64,000 bases of DNA from Octopus sinensis (taxonomy: Eukaryota). The stretch lies in the NCBI RefSeq assembly GCF_006345805.1, contig NW_021833655.1:9709-73708 (forward strand), given 5' to 3'. Made by a program: the position numbers and the translations under genes. The notes beneath the pieces were generated by a model, which saw only the letters and a list, made by a program, of their open reading frames with translations, ran no database searches and had not been told where the DNA came from. Each line of letters begins with the position of its first letter. Position 1 is the first letter of the stretch. Shown piece by piece: positions 1 through 13,965 of the stretch.

Positions 1-596
1 AATCAAAAAAGAAAAGAAAAGAAAAGAAAAGAAAGAAAATCTGAAAGCAAAAATAAATCAATAGAGGAAAAAAAAAATGACAACAAAGAAAAACAAGCAA
101 ACAAATAAACAAAAGACAAACAATAAATGGTTGAAGCAATGATAAGAAGGAGAAAAGAAGAAGAAGAAGAAGAAGAAGAAGAAGAAGAAGAAGAAGAACA
201 AGAACAAGAAGAAGAAGAAGAACAACAACAACAGCAATAACAACAATGACATTTGTTAAGGAAATTTTGTGCACTTTTATGTTGTTCAGATGCCAGGAAG
301 AGATATTGAACTCTGTTCCTTGATTATGGAAACAATCCCTTGGTCTTTGTGGAAAAAGATTTATGTTGTAGAATTTACGGGTGCAGGCATGGCCATAGGT
401 GCAGGTGTGGGTGTGTTCTGAGACGTTTGCTTCCCAACCGCATGGTTCTGGATTCCGTCCAAACTGCATGTTGGCATCTTGGACAAGCAAGTGTCTTCTG
501 CTATAGTGTTGGGTTGAGCCAAGCCTTCAGAGTAGATTTGGTTGGCAGAAACTGAAACAAGTCCACCATATAAATGTATATCAATATCTATATCTA

Positions 597-639
<43 letters not shown>

Positions 640-1235
640 ATATTATATTATATATATATAATATATATATATACATGTTTGTGTGTGTGTGTTTGCTAAT
701 CCCACCAAATTCTGTAAAGAAATGATTATCTCCCTTGTGTTGACTGTCTGCTAGAAAACAGTGTGCATATGTGTGTGTGTGTGTAGATCTGTATAAACTA
801 GCAAAATTTACTTCTGCCTGTCTATCCATCTATCTAATTCTCAGTGTGTGTGTGATTGTGTGTTTGCTAATCCCACCAAATACTATGAAGAAATGATTAT
901 CTCCCCTGCATTGACTGTCTGCTCGAAGACACCCCTGTTATTACCTTTGGTTTTGCTGAAATATTCTCTATTATTTGTTTCTTATTTGGGTACAAGGCCA
1001 AGGCCAAGGCCAAGGAATGGATTAATGACACCCTCCACCTCTGAACTTGCTTCATACTTTATTTAAAAACTCTTGAAGGGTGAGAGGTAAAGTTTCACTT
1101 AGCAAGATATGAACCCAGAACATAAGGAGCCAAAAGAAGTACTGCAAGGCATTTTTTTCTCATGACTTAAGGATTCTGCCAATCTGCTATCCTTGGAAAT
1201 TCTGAATGATGCTGCTGCTACTAATGATGATGATG

Positions 1236-1274
<39 letters not shown>

Positions 1275-1277
<3 letters not shown>

Positions 1278-1690
1278 CACAGGAGTGGCTGTATGGTAAG
1301 TGGATTGCCTACCAACCACATGATTCCGGGTTCAGTCCCATTGTGTGGCACCTTGGGCAAGTGTCTTCTACTATAGCCTCAGGCCAACCAAAGCCTTGTG
1401 AGTGGATTTGTTAGATGGAAACCGAAAGAAGCCTGTCATATATATGTATATATATTTATATGTATGTGTGTGTATGTTTGTGTGTCTGTGTTAGTCTCCC
1501 CAACATCGCTTGACAACCAATGCTGGTACCTTTACATCCCTGTAACTTAACAGTTTGGCAAAAGAGACTGATAGAATAAGGACTAGGCTTACAAAGAATA
1601 AGTCCTGGGGTCGATTTGCACGACTTAAGGCAGTGCTCCAGCATGGCCATCGCCACAGTCAAATTACTGAAACAAGTAAAAGAGTAATGT
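1275..1690 (+). mobile_element. tRNA-derived SINE family A (octopus-type), full length
   Basis: Head gtggctgtatggtaag..ggttcagtccc (B box), core ccttgggcaagtgtc, internal (TA/TG)n, tail gactgaaacaagtaaaagag. Other copies: 396-575+, 14763-15130+, 15362-15500+, 22511-22915+, 28430-28825-, 30353-31440+, 31520-31740-, 37445-37860+, 48810-49000-, 54075-54335-, 57833-57990+, 60560-60745-, 60968-61325+, 61340-61505-. Confidence 0.85.
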
Positions 1691-2635
1691 ATATATATGG
1701 CATTCTGTTTGGTTCCAGTTGACTTGATCAAAGGAAAAGCCTGCTCGGAAATTAACATACAAGTGGCTGAGAGCTTCTAAGACACGTGTACCCATAACGT
1801 AATCCCCTGGAAGATTCAGCGTGACACAGCATATGACATGGCTGGCTCTTTTGAAATGCAGGTACAACCACTCATTTTAACAAGATAAGTGAACTGGAGC
1901 AACATGAAATAAAGTGTCTTGCTTAAGAACATAGCATGAATCAAACTCATGGTACCCTAACCACCAAGCCATGTGCCTTCTCATATATATATGTGTGTGT
2001 GTGTATGCATGTGTGTAATATATATATAAACAGACACACGCACACACACACACACACACACACATGTATATATACACATAAACATACATACATGCATACA
2101 TATATATATGCACATATATATATATATAAATAAGGATTCAGGTTTACAATTTTATATACACACACACACACATATATATATGTGTGTGTATATATATATA
2201 TGTATATGTATATACATGCATACATACATACATACATGCATACATATATATACACACACATATAAATTCGGATTTACTATTTTACGTACACACACACACA
2301 CACATGCATACATATTGCCATGCATAACTTAGACCTATAACATACATCAGAAAATCAAATTACATAGCAACAGTGCAAACTGGGAGATCTTCATCCCTGC
2401 TGTCTTATTCGGGCGGAAGAACGCAGGGTTTAGGAATGGTGATTGGGGGGGGGGGGTGTTTGATTGGCAATGTGTGATGATTGTGGGAGGGTAGAGGACG
2501 GGGGTGGAAGAGCTGTTGTTTCTGTCTCTTCCTCAGGCTGGCAAACAAAACAAACACACACCGAAGCATACACAATAAACAACACAGAATTAAATAATAA
2601 ATGAATGTGTATATATACATATGCATATATGTATG

Positions 2636-2682
<47 letters not shown>

Positions 2683-2700
2683 CATACATATATGCATATG

Positions 2701-2731
<31 letters not shown>

Positions 2732-2879
2732 CATATATGTATATATATGTATATATATATATTTATATTTTTATTTAAAAAAATTTTTTTTTATCTCATA
2801 CTAATTACCAGAGGCAATTAAGTTATGTGCATTACTAATCAAAGACTGAAAGAAAAGAAAATTAATAAATATAGAAAAA

Positions 2880-3660
2880 ACTAAAAACAATAAAACAACA
2901 ACAACAACAACAACACCTGCAGCAACAACAACAGGAAGGACAACAACAATAACAGCAAAAATGTCAACATCAACAACAACAATTGCAATAGCATTAACAA
3001 CAGCAAAAACAGCAGTAGCAGCATTATAAGTGATAGTAAGAACAACAACAACAGCAGCAGCTGCAACAGCATCAGCATCACTACCATCAACAACAACAAC
3101 AGCAATAACAACAACGACAATGACAATATTAACCACAACATCAGCAGTAACATCAACATCACCACCACCAACAACAACAACATGACAACAACAAAAGTAA
3201 CAACAATAACAATATTAACAACAACAACAACAACAACACAACAACAGCAACTACAATAACAGTATTAACAACAACAACAATAACAATATTAACAACAACA
3301 ACAACAATAACAATATTAACAACAACAACAACAATAACAATATTAACAACAACAACAACATCAATATCACCACTGCCATCACCACCACCACCACCAACAA
3401 CAACAGCAGTAGCAACATTATAAACAAGGATAGTAACAACAACAACAACAACAACAGCATCATCAAAATCACCACCACTACCACCATCACCACCACCAAC
3501 AACAACAAAATCAACAACAACAGCAGCAGCAACAGCAATAACAATATTGACAACCACAACAACAATAACAGCAGCAACATCAACATCCCCACCCCTACCA
3601 CCACCACCACCACCACCACCAACCACAAAACACAACAACAACAGCAACATTAAGAATGAC
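2880..3660. repeat. Compound (AAC/AGC/ACC)n low-complexity tract
   Basis: Direct inspection. It includes 24-bp aacaataacaatattaacaacaac units. Confidence 0.9.
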
Positions 3661-4302
3661 AACAACAATAAGAAAAAAGAATTGGTTAAATGAAATAAAA
3701 TGTGCACCAAACGGCAAACTGCAAACACCTGCTCACAGCATCTGTTGAAGATTTTTCTCTTCTGGTAAACATGTCTGATTTTTGGAAAAATAGTCCTCAC
3801 TGAATAATAATGATATTATTGTTGTTGTTGTCGTTATTATTGTTGTTGTTGTCATTCCTTTAGCAGCAAACCTTTCGTTAAAGAAGAAAAATAAAAAAAA
3901 ACGGTAGGAGGGAAGCAAGGAAAAAAAAAAAACTAGCAAAAAAAAAACTATGGAAAAATCTGGAAAAAAATACTGGAAATGGGAAATGGAGAGAAAGAGA
4001 AAAAGAGAGAGAGAGAGAGAGAGAGTGGGTGGGAGAGAGAGAGAGAGAGTGTGTGTTGTGTGGTGGAGAGGGATGGTGAGGTGAGGAGAACATGGTAGAG
4101 AAGGAAAAAAAACAGAGCAATAACAGGAAAAAGGAAACAAAATCGAAAGAAAACAAAACAAAACGTAACAAAAATAAGTAAATCTAATCATTTGAAATTC
4201 CCCTCCACCCCACCCTTCCCTCCTTCCGTTCCTACCACCTCTTTCCTCACTCCCTTTGGAATATCCTTGTTATCATCATCATCATCATCATCATCAATAT
4301 CA

Positions 4303-4338
<36 letters not shown>

Positions 4339-4874
4339 CTACTACTATTGTTATTTTTATTTTTCCTTCAGATTTAAATTGTTGTTATTATTGTTGTTGT
4401 TGTTGTTGTTGTTATAAAGTTGCTGCTGTTGCAGTTGTTGTCATTCTTGATAATTTTGATTTTAGTGAAATAGCTGCTGCTGCTGCAGTTGTTGTTGCTG
4501 CTGCAGTTGGTTTTGTTATTGTCATTATTTCTGATATAAAGCATTATTGTTGCTGTTCCCATTGTTATTATTGTTGTTGTTGGTGTCCTAGCAGTTATTC
4601 CTGTTTTCACAGTTGTTGTTGTTGTTGTTGTTGATGATAATGCTCTGGTCAGCCTCGTTGCTGTTGTGATGAAGATTGTATTAAATTTTCTCTCTAGTTG
4701 TTATTATTGTTATTACAATATCTATTGTGCGTTTTTGCTATCTTACTGGTGTTGTTGTCTTCATTGTAATTCTTTAGCTCTTGGTCAACTACATTCTGGT
4801 AGACCTAGCATCAATGGTATGCCCAGCAATGATCTTCTTCTCCCATCCGGAACTACATATATGTATATATATAT

Positions 4875-5145
4875 ATAACCCTTTCCTTGTTTGTGAAGTA
4901 TATTTGTCACTTAAATGTGGCTAACCACTAAGGCTGGATGCTACTGTAGCTTGTAGCCCAAGGAAAACATCTTCCCCAGCTGGCTATTCACACACTTTCT
5001 GCGCCTTATCAGTATTTGCAAAAGGAAGCCATCCTTCCCTTCGTCAACCTGACGTGATACGCACGGACCCGGGTTTCTGGATATTTACTCGTCATCAGCG
5101 CACGACAATCACCGGTCTTCGATGTGAAGGGGTCCCAACACAAAT
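4875..5145 (-). mobile_element. Short Penelope-like terminal-repeat fragment (family P1)
   Basis: A CpG-containing complex segment bordered by TA-rich sequence that contains the 5060-5104 hammerhead motif. The Penelope assignment is inferred from that motif and the boundaries are approximate. Confidence 0.45.
5060..5104 (-). ncRNA. Type I hammerhead ribozyme-like motif (Penelope-associated) with palindromic helix III
   Basis: Minus strand reads cgtgcg-CTGATGA-cgagtaaatatcca-GAAA-cccgg-GTC-cgtgcg. The core, GAAA and GUC triplet are canonical. Stem I is 6 bp with two G.U pairs, helix III is the palindrome ACCCGGGT, and stem II is weak or mismatched. Confidence 0.7.
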
Positions 5146-5227
5146 ACATATATCCTTTTTCCAGTGACAAAAAGTCACTGATCTCTAAAAAGTGTAAACA
5201 ATGATACTGTATGAATGTGATTTAAGA

Positions 5228-5528
5228 CAGCGCTACCCAAAGTGGTCGTCCACAGACTGGTACCAGTCTGCAAGCCATCAGCTGCCAGTACGCGGCGAGT
5301 TTCCAGAAAAAAAAGAAACATTATAAAATGCTTATAAAATGCTTATGTAATATTGTACTATTTGTTTACAAGATAACTATAAGATGAAAAAAGTTGTCAA
5401 CTTTTACTATATTCATTATATATATTGCTTCCAGTATAAATTAATATTACTAAGAAATATTACCAGTCCCTGGCACATTGGAAAAAAAAACTACCAGTAT
5501 GCCATATCAAATAGAGTGAGAAGCACTG
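5228..5528. mobile_element. hAT-type MITE
   Basis: Ends are CAGCGCT...AGCACTG, with an 8-bp TSD atttaaga/atttaagg. Confidence 0.7.
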
Positions 5529-7356
5529 ATTTAAGGGATATTTTGTTCATCAAAACAATCCATGCAGGTGTTTTTTTTATATGCTTCAAAATTACACTAA
5601 TAAAGCACACCTACATTGCAACCACTAAGTCTAACCCACCAGATGGATCAAAAATATATGAAAAATATATATGCAAAGACAAAAACATTTTGCTAGTGTT
5701 GTTGTTGCTGCTATTGTTTAGTCCTAGGTCAACCCTTATACAGTAGGCCTATTATTAAAGGCATGCCCAGCTACACTAACTAATATCTTTTTTCTGCTTA
5801 ACATAATGTGGTGTGAATGTTATTTAAGGGATATTTTGTTAATATGAATAATCTATAAAAATATTTTCTTTATAAGCTTCAAAATTACACTATTAAACTT
5901 CACCTTCATTATCACCACTAAGCCCCAACCACCAGATGAACCAAAAAATATATGAAAAAATAAAAGGAAAACCTCATCAAAATTTTACTAGTGTTGTTGT
6001 TAATGTTTGACCCAAGGTCAACCATGATCTAGTAGACCTATCATTAAAGGTATGCCCTCTCATAACTATCCTGTTCTATATAGGGTATCTCGACCTGATG
6101 GGTTGATGATAGCGATGTGGGTGGTGGTGGTGGTGGTGGTGGGAGTGTTAATGAGGTTGCCACCACAGTGTAGGTGATAGTGGTAGTGACAACGGTTGTG
6201 CTGTTGGTAGGATTCATGTGGTAGTGCTTGCAGTTGTATCAGTGATGAAGCTGCAACTAATAGTGGTAGTGTTGGTAGTAGTGCTAATGTGGTAGTGGTG
6301 GTTGAGGTGGTGATAGTAGTTGTAGGATTAATTGAAGCGATGGTAAAGGTATTTGTAGTTCTGCTGGTTGTGTCATTGTTGATAACAGTGATGGTGAGGT
6401 GGTAGTGCTGACACTGTTGATGTAGTGGTATTGGTGGTAGTGGTGGAAATGGTGTTGATGTGATAGTAGTAGTTGTAGATCTAGTGGCTTACATTATTAT
6501 TTCTCTTTTTAATCTTTTATCTCCAAATAATAACCTCCACACCACCATCATCACCACCACCACCACCACCACTGCCACCACCACCACTACCACCCCACCA
6601 CCACTACCACTGTAATTGCCACTGGTGGGTATTACTAGTACTACAACCTGTTAGTTCCACCACTACCACCATCATCACTGCTACTACAAGAACCGGCAGC
6701 ACCACTGTAATGATCACACCACACCCACTGTCAGTACTACTACTACCACCATCACCCACCATTCCCAGTACCTCTACCCTTACTATCATTACCACAACAG
6801 CTACTACTACTCCATTGCAATCAATAACCGGCACCACCACAAACACATCACCTCTACTACTACTACTACACTACTACAACAACAACTACCACAACCACCA
6901 CCATCACAGCTATCACTACCACCACCACCACCACCATCAAGATGTTAGGAGAAATCCTTGCCCAGCCCCAGCCTGAACCCACCACAGACACACCAGGTAC
7001 TTTTACCCCTTCTGTCCTTATGTCACAAGTGTCATTCTGTTCCTAACAAAGGAACCTGTTCTTAAGTCCCAACCTCACACTCAGTACCACCCACCACCCT
7101 CACATGCAGTCCACCCACACATTACATCCTACCCCTAACAGTATTAACAAGAAAAGAAACGGGGATAGTGTTACAACGGTGCTGGTAGAGGGGAGGTGAC
7201 AGTGATAGCAGTGGTGATGGTGTTGGTGGTGGTTGTTTAGCCCCAAGCCCATCCTGGTTGAGATGACACAGGATCAACAGAGGCATGTAATCCTTCCTGT
7301 TTAACTGAGTAGGGCATATATAGATATACACACACATATCTCTCCTCTCTCTCACT

Positions 7357-7446
<90 letters not shown>

Positions 7447-7689
7447 TATATATATACTGGCCTGGTGCAGCCTTCGGGCTACCCAGACCCCAGTGAACCG
7501 TCAACCCATGCTAGCATGGAAACGGACGCTAAATGATGATGATGATGATGATGATGATATATAATATATATATATACATATATACATACATATATACATA
7601 CATATATTATATATATATATTACATATATATATATATATATATAATATATATATATAATATATATAATATATATATATATATATATAGA

Positions 7690-7880
7690 GATTGACTGCT
7701 AGCTACTAAAGCTTTCTTTTTTATTCTCTCTCTGTCATTTTCTCATGTTCCTTTCTGTTGAAGAACGTAACCTCGAAACGTAAAAGATTTTCTCACCTTC
7801 CTGTGCGTTAAACTAATACACCTGTTTGTTGTTCATACACGTGTCCTTTGTCTTTTGTTTTTGTAAATTTCAACTATATG
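7690..7880 (+). mobile_element. Short Penelope-like repeat (family P2), copy 1
   Basis: About 190 bp that aligns by eye with the reverse complement of 52105-52295 (e.g. cttcctg.gc.ttaaactaataca.ctgtttgttgtt). It starts at a (TA)n tract and carries a hammerhead-like motif. Confidence 0.6.
7751..7786 (+). ncRNA. Degenerate minimal hammerhead-like motif (CUGUUGA core)
   Basis: cttt-CTGTTGA-A-GAAC-gtaa-CCTC-GAAAC-GTA-aaag. Stem I is cttt/aaag and stem II is decayed. It belongs to the same repeat family as 52198-52233. Confidence 0.5.
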
Positions 7881-8406
7881 ATTTATTATTATTATTATTA
7901 CTAGTATTGTGTTATACATACATACATACAGCATAATAATAATAAGTGGATGTAAACACATGAACAAAATAAGAATAAACAAAAAAACAACAACAAAAAC
8001 AAATTCACATGAACGTAATAACAGAAATATACAAAAATATTACAGGCATCCCCCCCCCACACACACGCACTAAATAAACATAGACGCACATAGAGATATA
8101 AGCATACGCAAATGAAGACATACAATAGAAATAAAAATGGCTGACGGTTAGTAAGGAGAGACACAAATAAGAAAGAAGAAAACAAAGGACCACTGATGCA
8201 GTCACAGGAGTGTGACGAAATAACTCTGTCCGAAATAAGATTAAGATTAATGTAAAAAATAAAGAACACTGAAGCAAAATAACATCAAATATATAGTGCG
8301 TGTGTTTTATTGGCTAAACTGGCAAAATGACCATTCCGAAATATAACAATATCTGTTTCAACACACGACTTCACATAAAAAAATCTTGCACAACAAATAT
8401 ATAAAC

Positions 8407-8453
<47 letters not shown>

Positions 8454-8909
8454 TGACACATGTATATTTATACACACCACACCACACCCACACACACACA
8501 CACAATACATATATATATATAATAACACAAATAGGCTGAGATTCCCTACAGTTGTTTCAGACATGTTTTTAATTGATGAACAAATCAATTATGTCATAAT
8601 AAAAAACATTTTTTGGTGAATTAAAATTAAAATTAAAATCCAAAATTTAACATTTAGGATTTTTCACACAAAATGTATAGATGGAGGGGGTATTATTAAA
8701 CTAATAAAACACCAGCCAAATACTGGGGTCAATTTAGATAATGTCCAGCCCCTTATACTTCTGCAAAGTATAAGAAGTCTTTGTAATATCCCCTCAACAG
8801 AGGCAATAAAAGCACCTGTGACAAACAAAAAGGAAGCATCATCATCTCATCATCATTGTCATCATTGCTAACACGATTATCGTCATCATCATTGACATCA
8901 TTGTCATGG

Positions 8910-8954
<45 letters not shown>

Positions 8955-9139
8955 GGATTGTCATGATTGTCATAATCATAATGATGGTCATCAACAGAGT
9001 TGATGTAGTGATTGCTGTTATTGTCATTGTCTTTTGCCTACTCTTAATGGTTAAAGAAAGGAAACTATTATTATTGTTGAATGAGAGAGCAGCGCATGCC
9101 ATCAGAGTGACACTGCGGTATCAGTTTTCCTTGCTTCTG

Positions 9140-9860
9140 AAGCAGGTATTTCTTCTTTCTGTGGCTGGGCTTCAGTTATGGCTTTATTGATCATTAGTTG
9201 ATCTTTACAGCCATATGAGCCCTTGCAGCATCCCTTCTACTCTTCTGGAAACAGGTTGTTTTCTTTCAGATGCTTGCTCAATCTCTGCGATATTATTGTA
9301 GTAAAGGCTTTGTAAATCGTAGGGAGACAGGTTATTGGTCTGTAGTTTTGTGGTTTTGCACTTTTAGTGGATTTGGGAATTAGGATACTTTTCCCTTTTG
9401 TGAGCCATTCAGGCATTGTCTCTGGCTCTGCTAGTATGTTGTTAAAGTTTTCAGCCAGCTTTTTGTGTATTCCTGTCAGATATTTTAACGAGAATTTGGG
9501 GATCTTGTTGTACCCAGGTGCCTTCCAGTTGCCTAGTCTTTGCAGTGCCTGGGTGACCTTTTCAGTTGCTATAGGGGTCCAGAGTTGTTCAAGTGCTAAG
9601 TTCGTTGATTTAGCAGTCCTTTTCTGAGGTTGTTCCTTCACCGACCATATTTCTTTCCAAAATTCTTCCACTTCTTCTGCTGTTGATGCTGCATTGATGT
9701 CTGTTTTATTTTTGCCAAATTCTTGGTAGAATTTTTGGGGGTTGGAGTTGAACTGTTTGTTTTGGGGGTTGGCATTTCTCATACCGGCGGATCCTTTGTG
9801 CTTTGGCTAGGATATCTTGCTTTAGCTTTTCTTTTACCTCAGGTAAACCTTTTTCTGTAA
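9140..9860 (-). mobile_element. Non-LTR retrotransposon fragment, Dong/R4-like RT N-terminal region (pseudogene)
   Basis: ORF 9237-9782 contains WKAPG, PEWLTKG..LIPK and NYRPITCLPTIYK. It continues past an in-frame stop as EE*KGCCKGSYGCKDQLMINKAI, and an upstream frameshifted segment reads EKLKQDILAKAQRIRRY. Confidence 0.85.
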
Positions 9861-9884
9861 TGTTGTATTTGCACAGTATTACAA

Positions 9885-10560
9885 TAGCAAGCTGGAAGAA
9901 CCATTAGCACACCAGGCAAGATGCTTAGTGGTATTTCTTCTGTCTAGAAGTCCTAAGTTCAAATTCTGCTAAGGTTATCTTTCATCCTTTCAAAGTTGAT
10001 AAAACAAGTACCAGTTGAACACTGGGGTCAGTATAATTGACTAGTTCCCTCCCCACAAATTTTAGGCCTTGTGCTTTTAGTAGAAAAGATTATTATTATT
10101 ATTGCTGTTGTTGTTGTTGTTATTGTTATTGCGGTGAGCTGGCACAATCGTTAGCATGTCGGGCAAAATGCTTAGCGGCATTTTGTCCATTTTAACGTTC
10201 TGAGTTCAAATTCCACTGAGGTCGGCTTTGTCTTTCATCCTTTGGTGTCGATAAAAGAAGTACCAGTTGAACACTGGAGTTGATGTAATTGACTAGCCCC
10301 TCCCCCCAAAATTTCAGACCTTGTACCTTTAGTAGAAAGGATAAGTTATTATTATTATTATTATTATTATTATTGTTATTATTATTATTATTATTAAGGT
10401 GGTAACTTGGCAGAATCATTAGCATGCCAGGCAAAATGCTTAGCAGCATTTCATCTGTCTTCATGTTCTGAGTTCAAATTCCGCCAAGGTCAACTTTGCC
10501 TTTCATACTTTCATGGGTGATAAAATAAGTACCAGTTGTGAACTGGGGTTGATGTAACCT
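9885..10560 (+). mobile_element. Three tandem copies of SINE family B
   Basis: Each has gagctggcagaatcgttagc..ctgagttcaaattcc..ctttcatcctt..gtcgataaa..agtaccag, and the copies are separated by (ATT)/(GTT) tracts. Confidence 0.8.
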
Positions 10561-11411
10561 TGCCATAAAAAAAAACAAAAGAGAAAAACAATTGCTGGCT
10601 TTGTGTCAAAACCTGAAACCATTATCATTATTCCACCTCCTAGTCATCGTTCCCCCACCCCCGCCAACCCACCTGCTTTTCTTTATCTCTTAAATCAGTT
10701 TCGCTTTTTGCTACATGTGTCTTATAATCAAGATGACTTCTGGCACACACCTTCATACACCCCGTCCACCCATACATGCCCTCCACACATGCTCACACAC
10801 ACACACACACACACACACCTCCTGGCATCCACCTTATCCAACCTGCAGATCTCTTTTTACTCAGTCAGTCTCCTCTTCCTTGTACTCCTTGCAAAACTCT
10901 CCACTTCTTGTCTCCTTCCCCCTCTTTCTCTCTCTTTCTTTCTCTCTCTCTCCCATTCTTTCTCTCTCTTCTGTTTCTCATTCTCTGTCTGTCAGCCTCT
11001 CTCTCTCTCTCTTTTCTCTCTGTCTTTCTCTCACTCTCTCTCTCTCCTCTTTTTCCCATTCTCTGTCTGTCAGCCTCTCTCCTTCTCTCTCTCTCTTTCA
11101 TTCTATCTTTCTTTCTTTCACTCTCTTCTCGCTTCTTGAAGCAAAATCAATTTTCCAATAAAGCAAAAAATAAATAAATACACAAATAAAATTAATAAAC
11201 TCAAAAAGCTAAACAACAAAAAAATTATCATTTTAAGTTCATTTATTCATTCCTCCCCATTCGTCCCCTCCCGCACATGCCATACCATATTTCTGACCCA
11301 CCCACACTTCTGCAGAATTGTATATTCATATAGTCAGAATTTCCTTATCACCCCTCAACTTTCTTCTGTAACTCCCTTAGATGTGTGAACAAACATATGT
11401 GATTATTATTA

Positions 11412-11475
<64 letters not shown>

Positions 11476-13448
11476 GTTGTTGTTGTTGTTGTTATATATC
11501 AGGTAGTCTTTCTGCCTTTTTATTACTGTTTGGAGACTCTTAAAAAAGAATATAAAGGTTTATATATATATATGCACACACACACACACACACACAGAGG
11601 ATTTTAACTCTCCCGCCACATGTGTTTAGCTCAATCTCAATAACATGCGTATGCATGTGGGTATGTATGTGTGTATATATGTCTGTGTATTTATATATAT
11701 ATAACATATATATATATGTATATATATATATATTATATATATATATATACATGTATATGTGTGATATATGTTTATATATAAATACATGTGTGTATGTGTA
11801 TATATATATATAAATATGCACATATATGTATGTATAAAGTAATACGAGTCACAGATTTCCCATCAGGCTGTTTACTTTTTTGATGTTGTTATCAAACCTT
11901 ATATTCAGCTTTATCCTCACATACACATGACCCCATATATATATATAATATATATATATATGCATGTGTGTGTGTATTATGTATTATGTCTATCTTTCTA
12001 TATGTATATATATACATACATACATACATACACGCATACATACATACATACATACATACATACATACATACATACATACATACATACATACATACATACA
12101 TACATACATACGTACATCATCATCATCATCATCGTTTAGCGTCCGTTTTCCATGCTAGCATGGGTTGGACGGTTCTACTGGGGTCTGTGAAGCCAGAAGG
12201 CTTCATCAGGCCCAGTCAAATCTGGCAGTGTTTCTACGGCTGGATGCCCTTCCTAACGCCAACCACTCCGTGAGTGTAGTGGGTGCTTTTTACGTGCCAC
12301 CCGCACTGGTGCCAGACAGAGCTGGCAAACGGCCACGAACGGATGGTGCTTTTTATGTGCCACCGGCACGAGGGCCAGGCGGCATATATTATATATATAT
12401 ATGCATGTATGTATGTATATCAGATAAAAGGGGATTTATAGGTCTGAGCTGGGTCCTCAGCTAACCCTCCTGCAAATACCAGCTAACAGAATGTACATAA
12501 TTAAATTCATATGTACCTGCAAAAATGTGCATCAACAAAATTCCATCCAACCCATGCCAGCATGGAAAAATGGACCTTAAACCAAAAATGACGATGATGA
12601 TGGTGATGATTATGGTTTATATAAAAACTGTTCATGCATACAGGTATGTCCCCTGCATCCCTCTCCGGCTGAGCATTCTTAATCTTGCCGGCTCGAGGGT
12701 GCTGGTGCCATGGAAAAAGCTCCTGTACCATTGCCATGTAAATCCACCCATGCTGGTGCTACATAAAAGCACTCTGTACACTCTGCAGGGTGGTTGGCAA
12801 TAGGAACGGCATCCGGCCGGAGGAACCATGTCAAAACAGACATGGGGCCTGGGAAACTCTTCAGCTGGTCAGTTCCTATAAAACTATCCAACCCATACCA
12901 GCATGGAAAACGGATATGAAATGGTGATGATGATGATGATGATGATATATGAAACGATTCTTTTTTTTCTATTTGCCAACAACACTCTCACTATATTTGT
13001 TTACTGACACAAACTGTTGCAGCAGTTTCCCTTTCTGTTTTCCTTTTTTTTTTTTTTTTTTTTGTGCCGACCCAGACCAAGTAGAGAGTGAAGTTCTGCT
13101 TTCTCCATTTACATACAACTTTCCAGTTTCATACACATGTTTAGTTAGATGTGATTCTATTTTGATCCAACACAGCTTCTCATTGTTCACTACAGACAGT
13201 AAGATGTTCCTAACAACCTTTCAAAGCTGACATTTATACAAGTGCTTATTAGAATTATACAACAGCATAGATCAATAATTATCCAATTTCTTTTTACCTT
13301 ATTTTTTTTTACCTATAACATTCATTTCATGTCTTAAGAGTTGGGACAGTAGATAGAGCATCTGCAGATAGAAATCCCTTGACCTGTTAGAAACAGCAGC
13401 CAAATTCCCCTTTAACTTGCAATGTTACCAACTTTAACCTTTTTATAC

Positions 13449-13965
13449 CTATTTCTTTACTACCCACAAGGAGCTAAACACAGAGAGGACAAACAAGGAC
13501 AGACAAACGGATTAAGTCGATTATATCGGCCCCAGTGCGTAACTGGTACTTAATTTATCGACCCACATGGGGTTAAATATAGAGGGGCAAACAAGGACAG
13601 ACAAAGGGAGTAAATCGATTACATCGACCCCCAGTGCGTTACTAGTACTTAATTTATCGACCCCGAAGGGATGAACAGTAAAGTCAACGTCAGTAGAATT
13701 TTAACTCAGAACGTAACAGCAGAAGAAATACCTATTTCTTTACTACCCACAAGGGGCTAAACACAGAGAGGACAAACAAGGACAGACAAACGGATTAAGT
13801 CGATTATATCGACCCCAGTGCGTAACTGGTACTTATTTAATCGACCCCGAAAGGATGAAAGGCAAAGTCGACCTCGGCGGGATTTGAACTCAGAACATAG
13901 TGGCAGACGAAATACCACAAAGCATTTCGCCCGGCACGCTAACGTTTCTGCCAGCTTGCTGCCTT
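13449..13965 (-). mobile_element. Nested or tandem SINE family B cluster (one near-full copy plus two partial)
   Basis: The tail (gacaaacaaggacagacaaa..cgacccc) occurs three times and there is one head at 13900-13965. Other family B copies: 29280-29520+, 33571-33705+, 50420-50640-. Confidence 0.85.

Noticed and set aside
12185-12225. Hammerhead on minus strand (CTGATGA-AGCC-ttct-GGCT)
   Set aside because: No GAAA follows the stem, and other family E copies read ctggtgca at this position.
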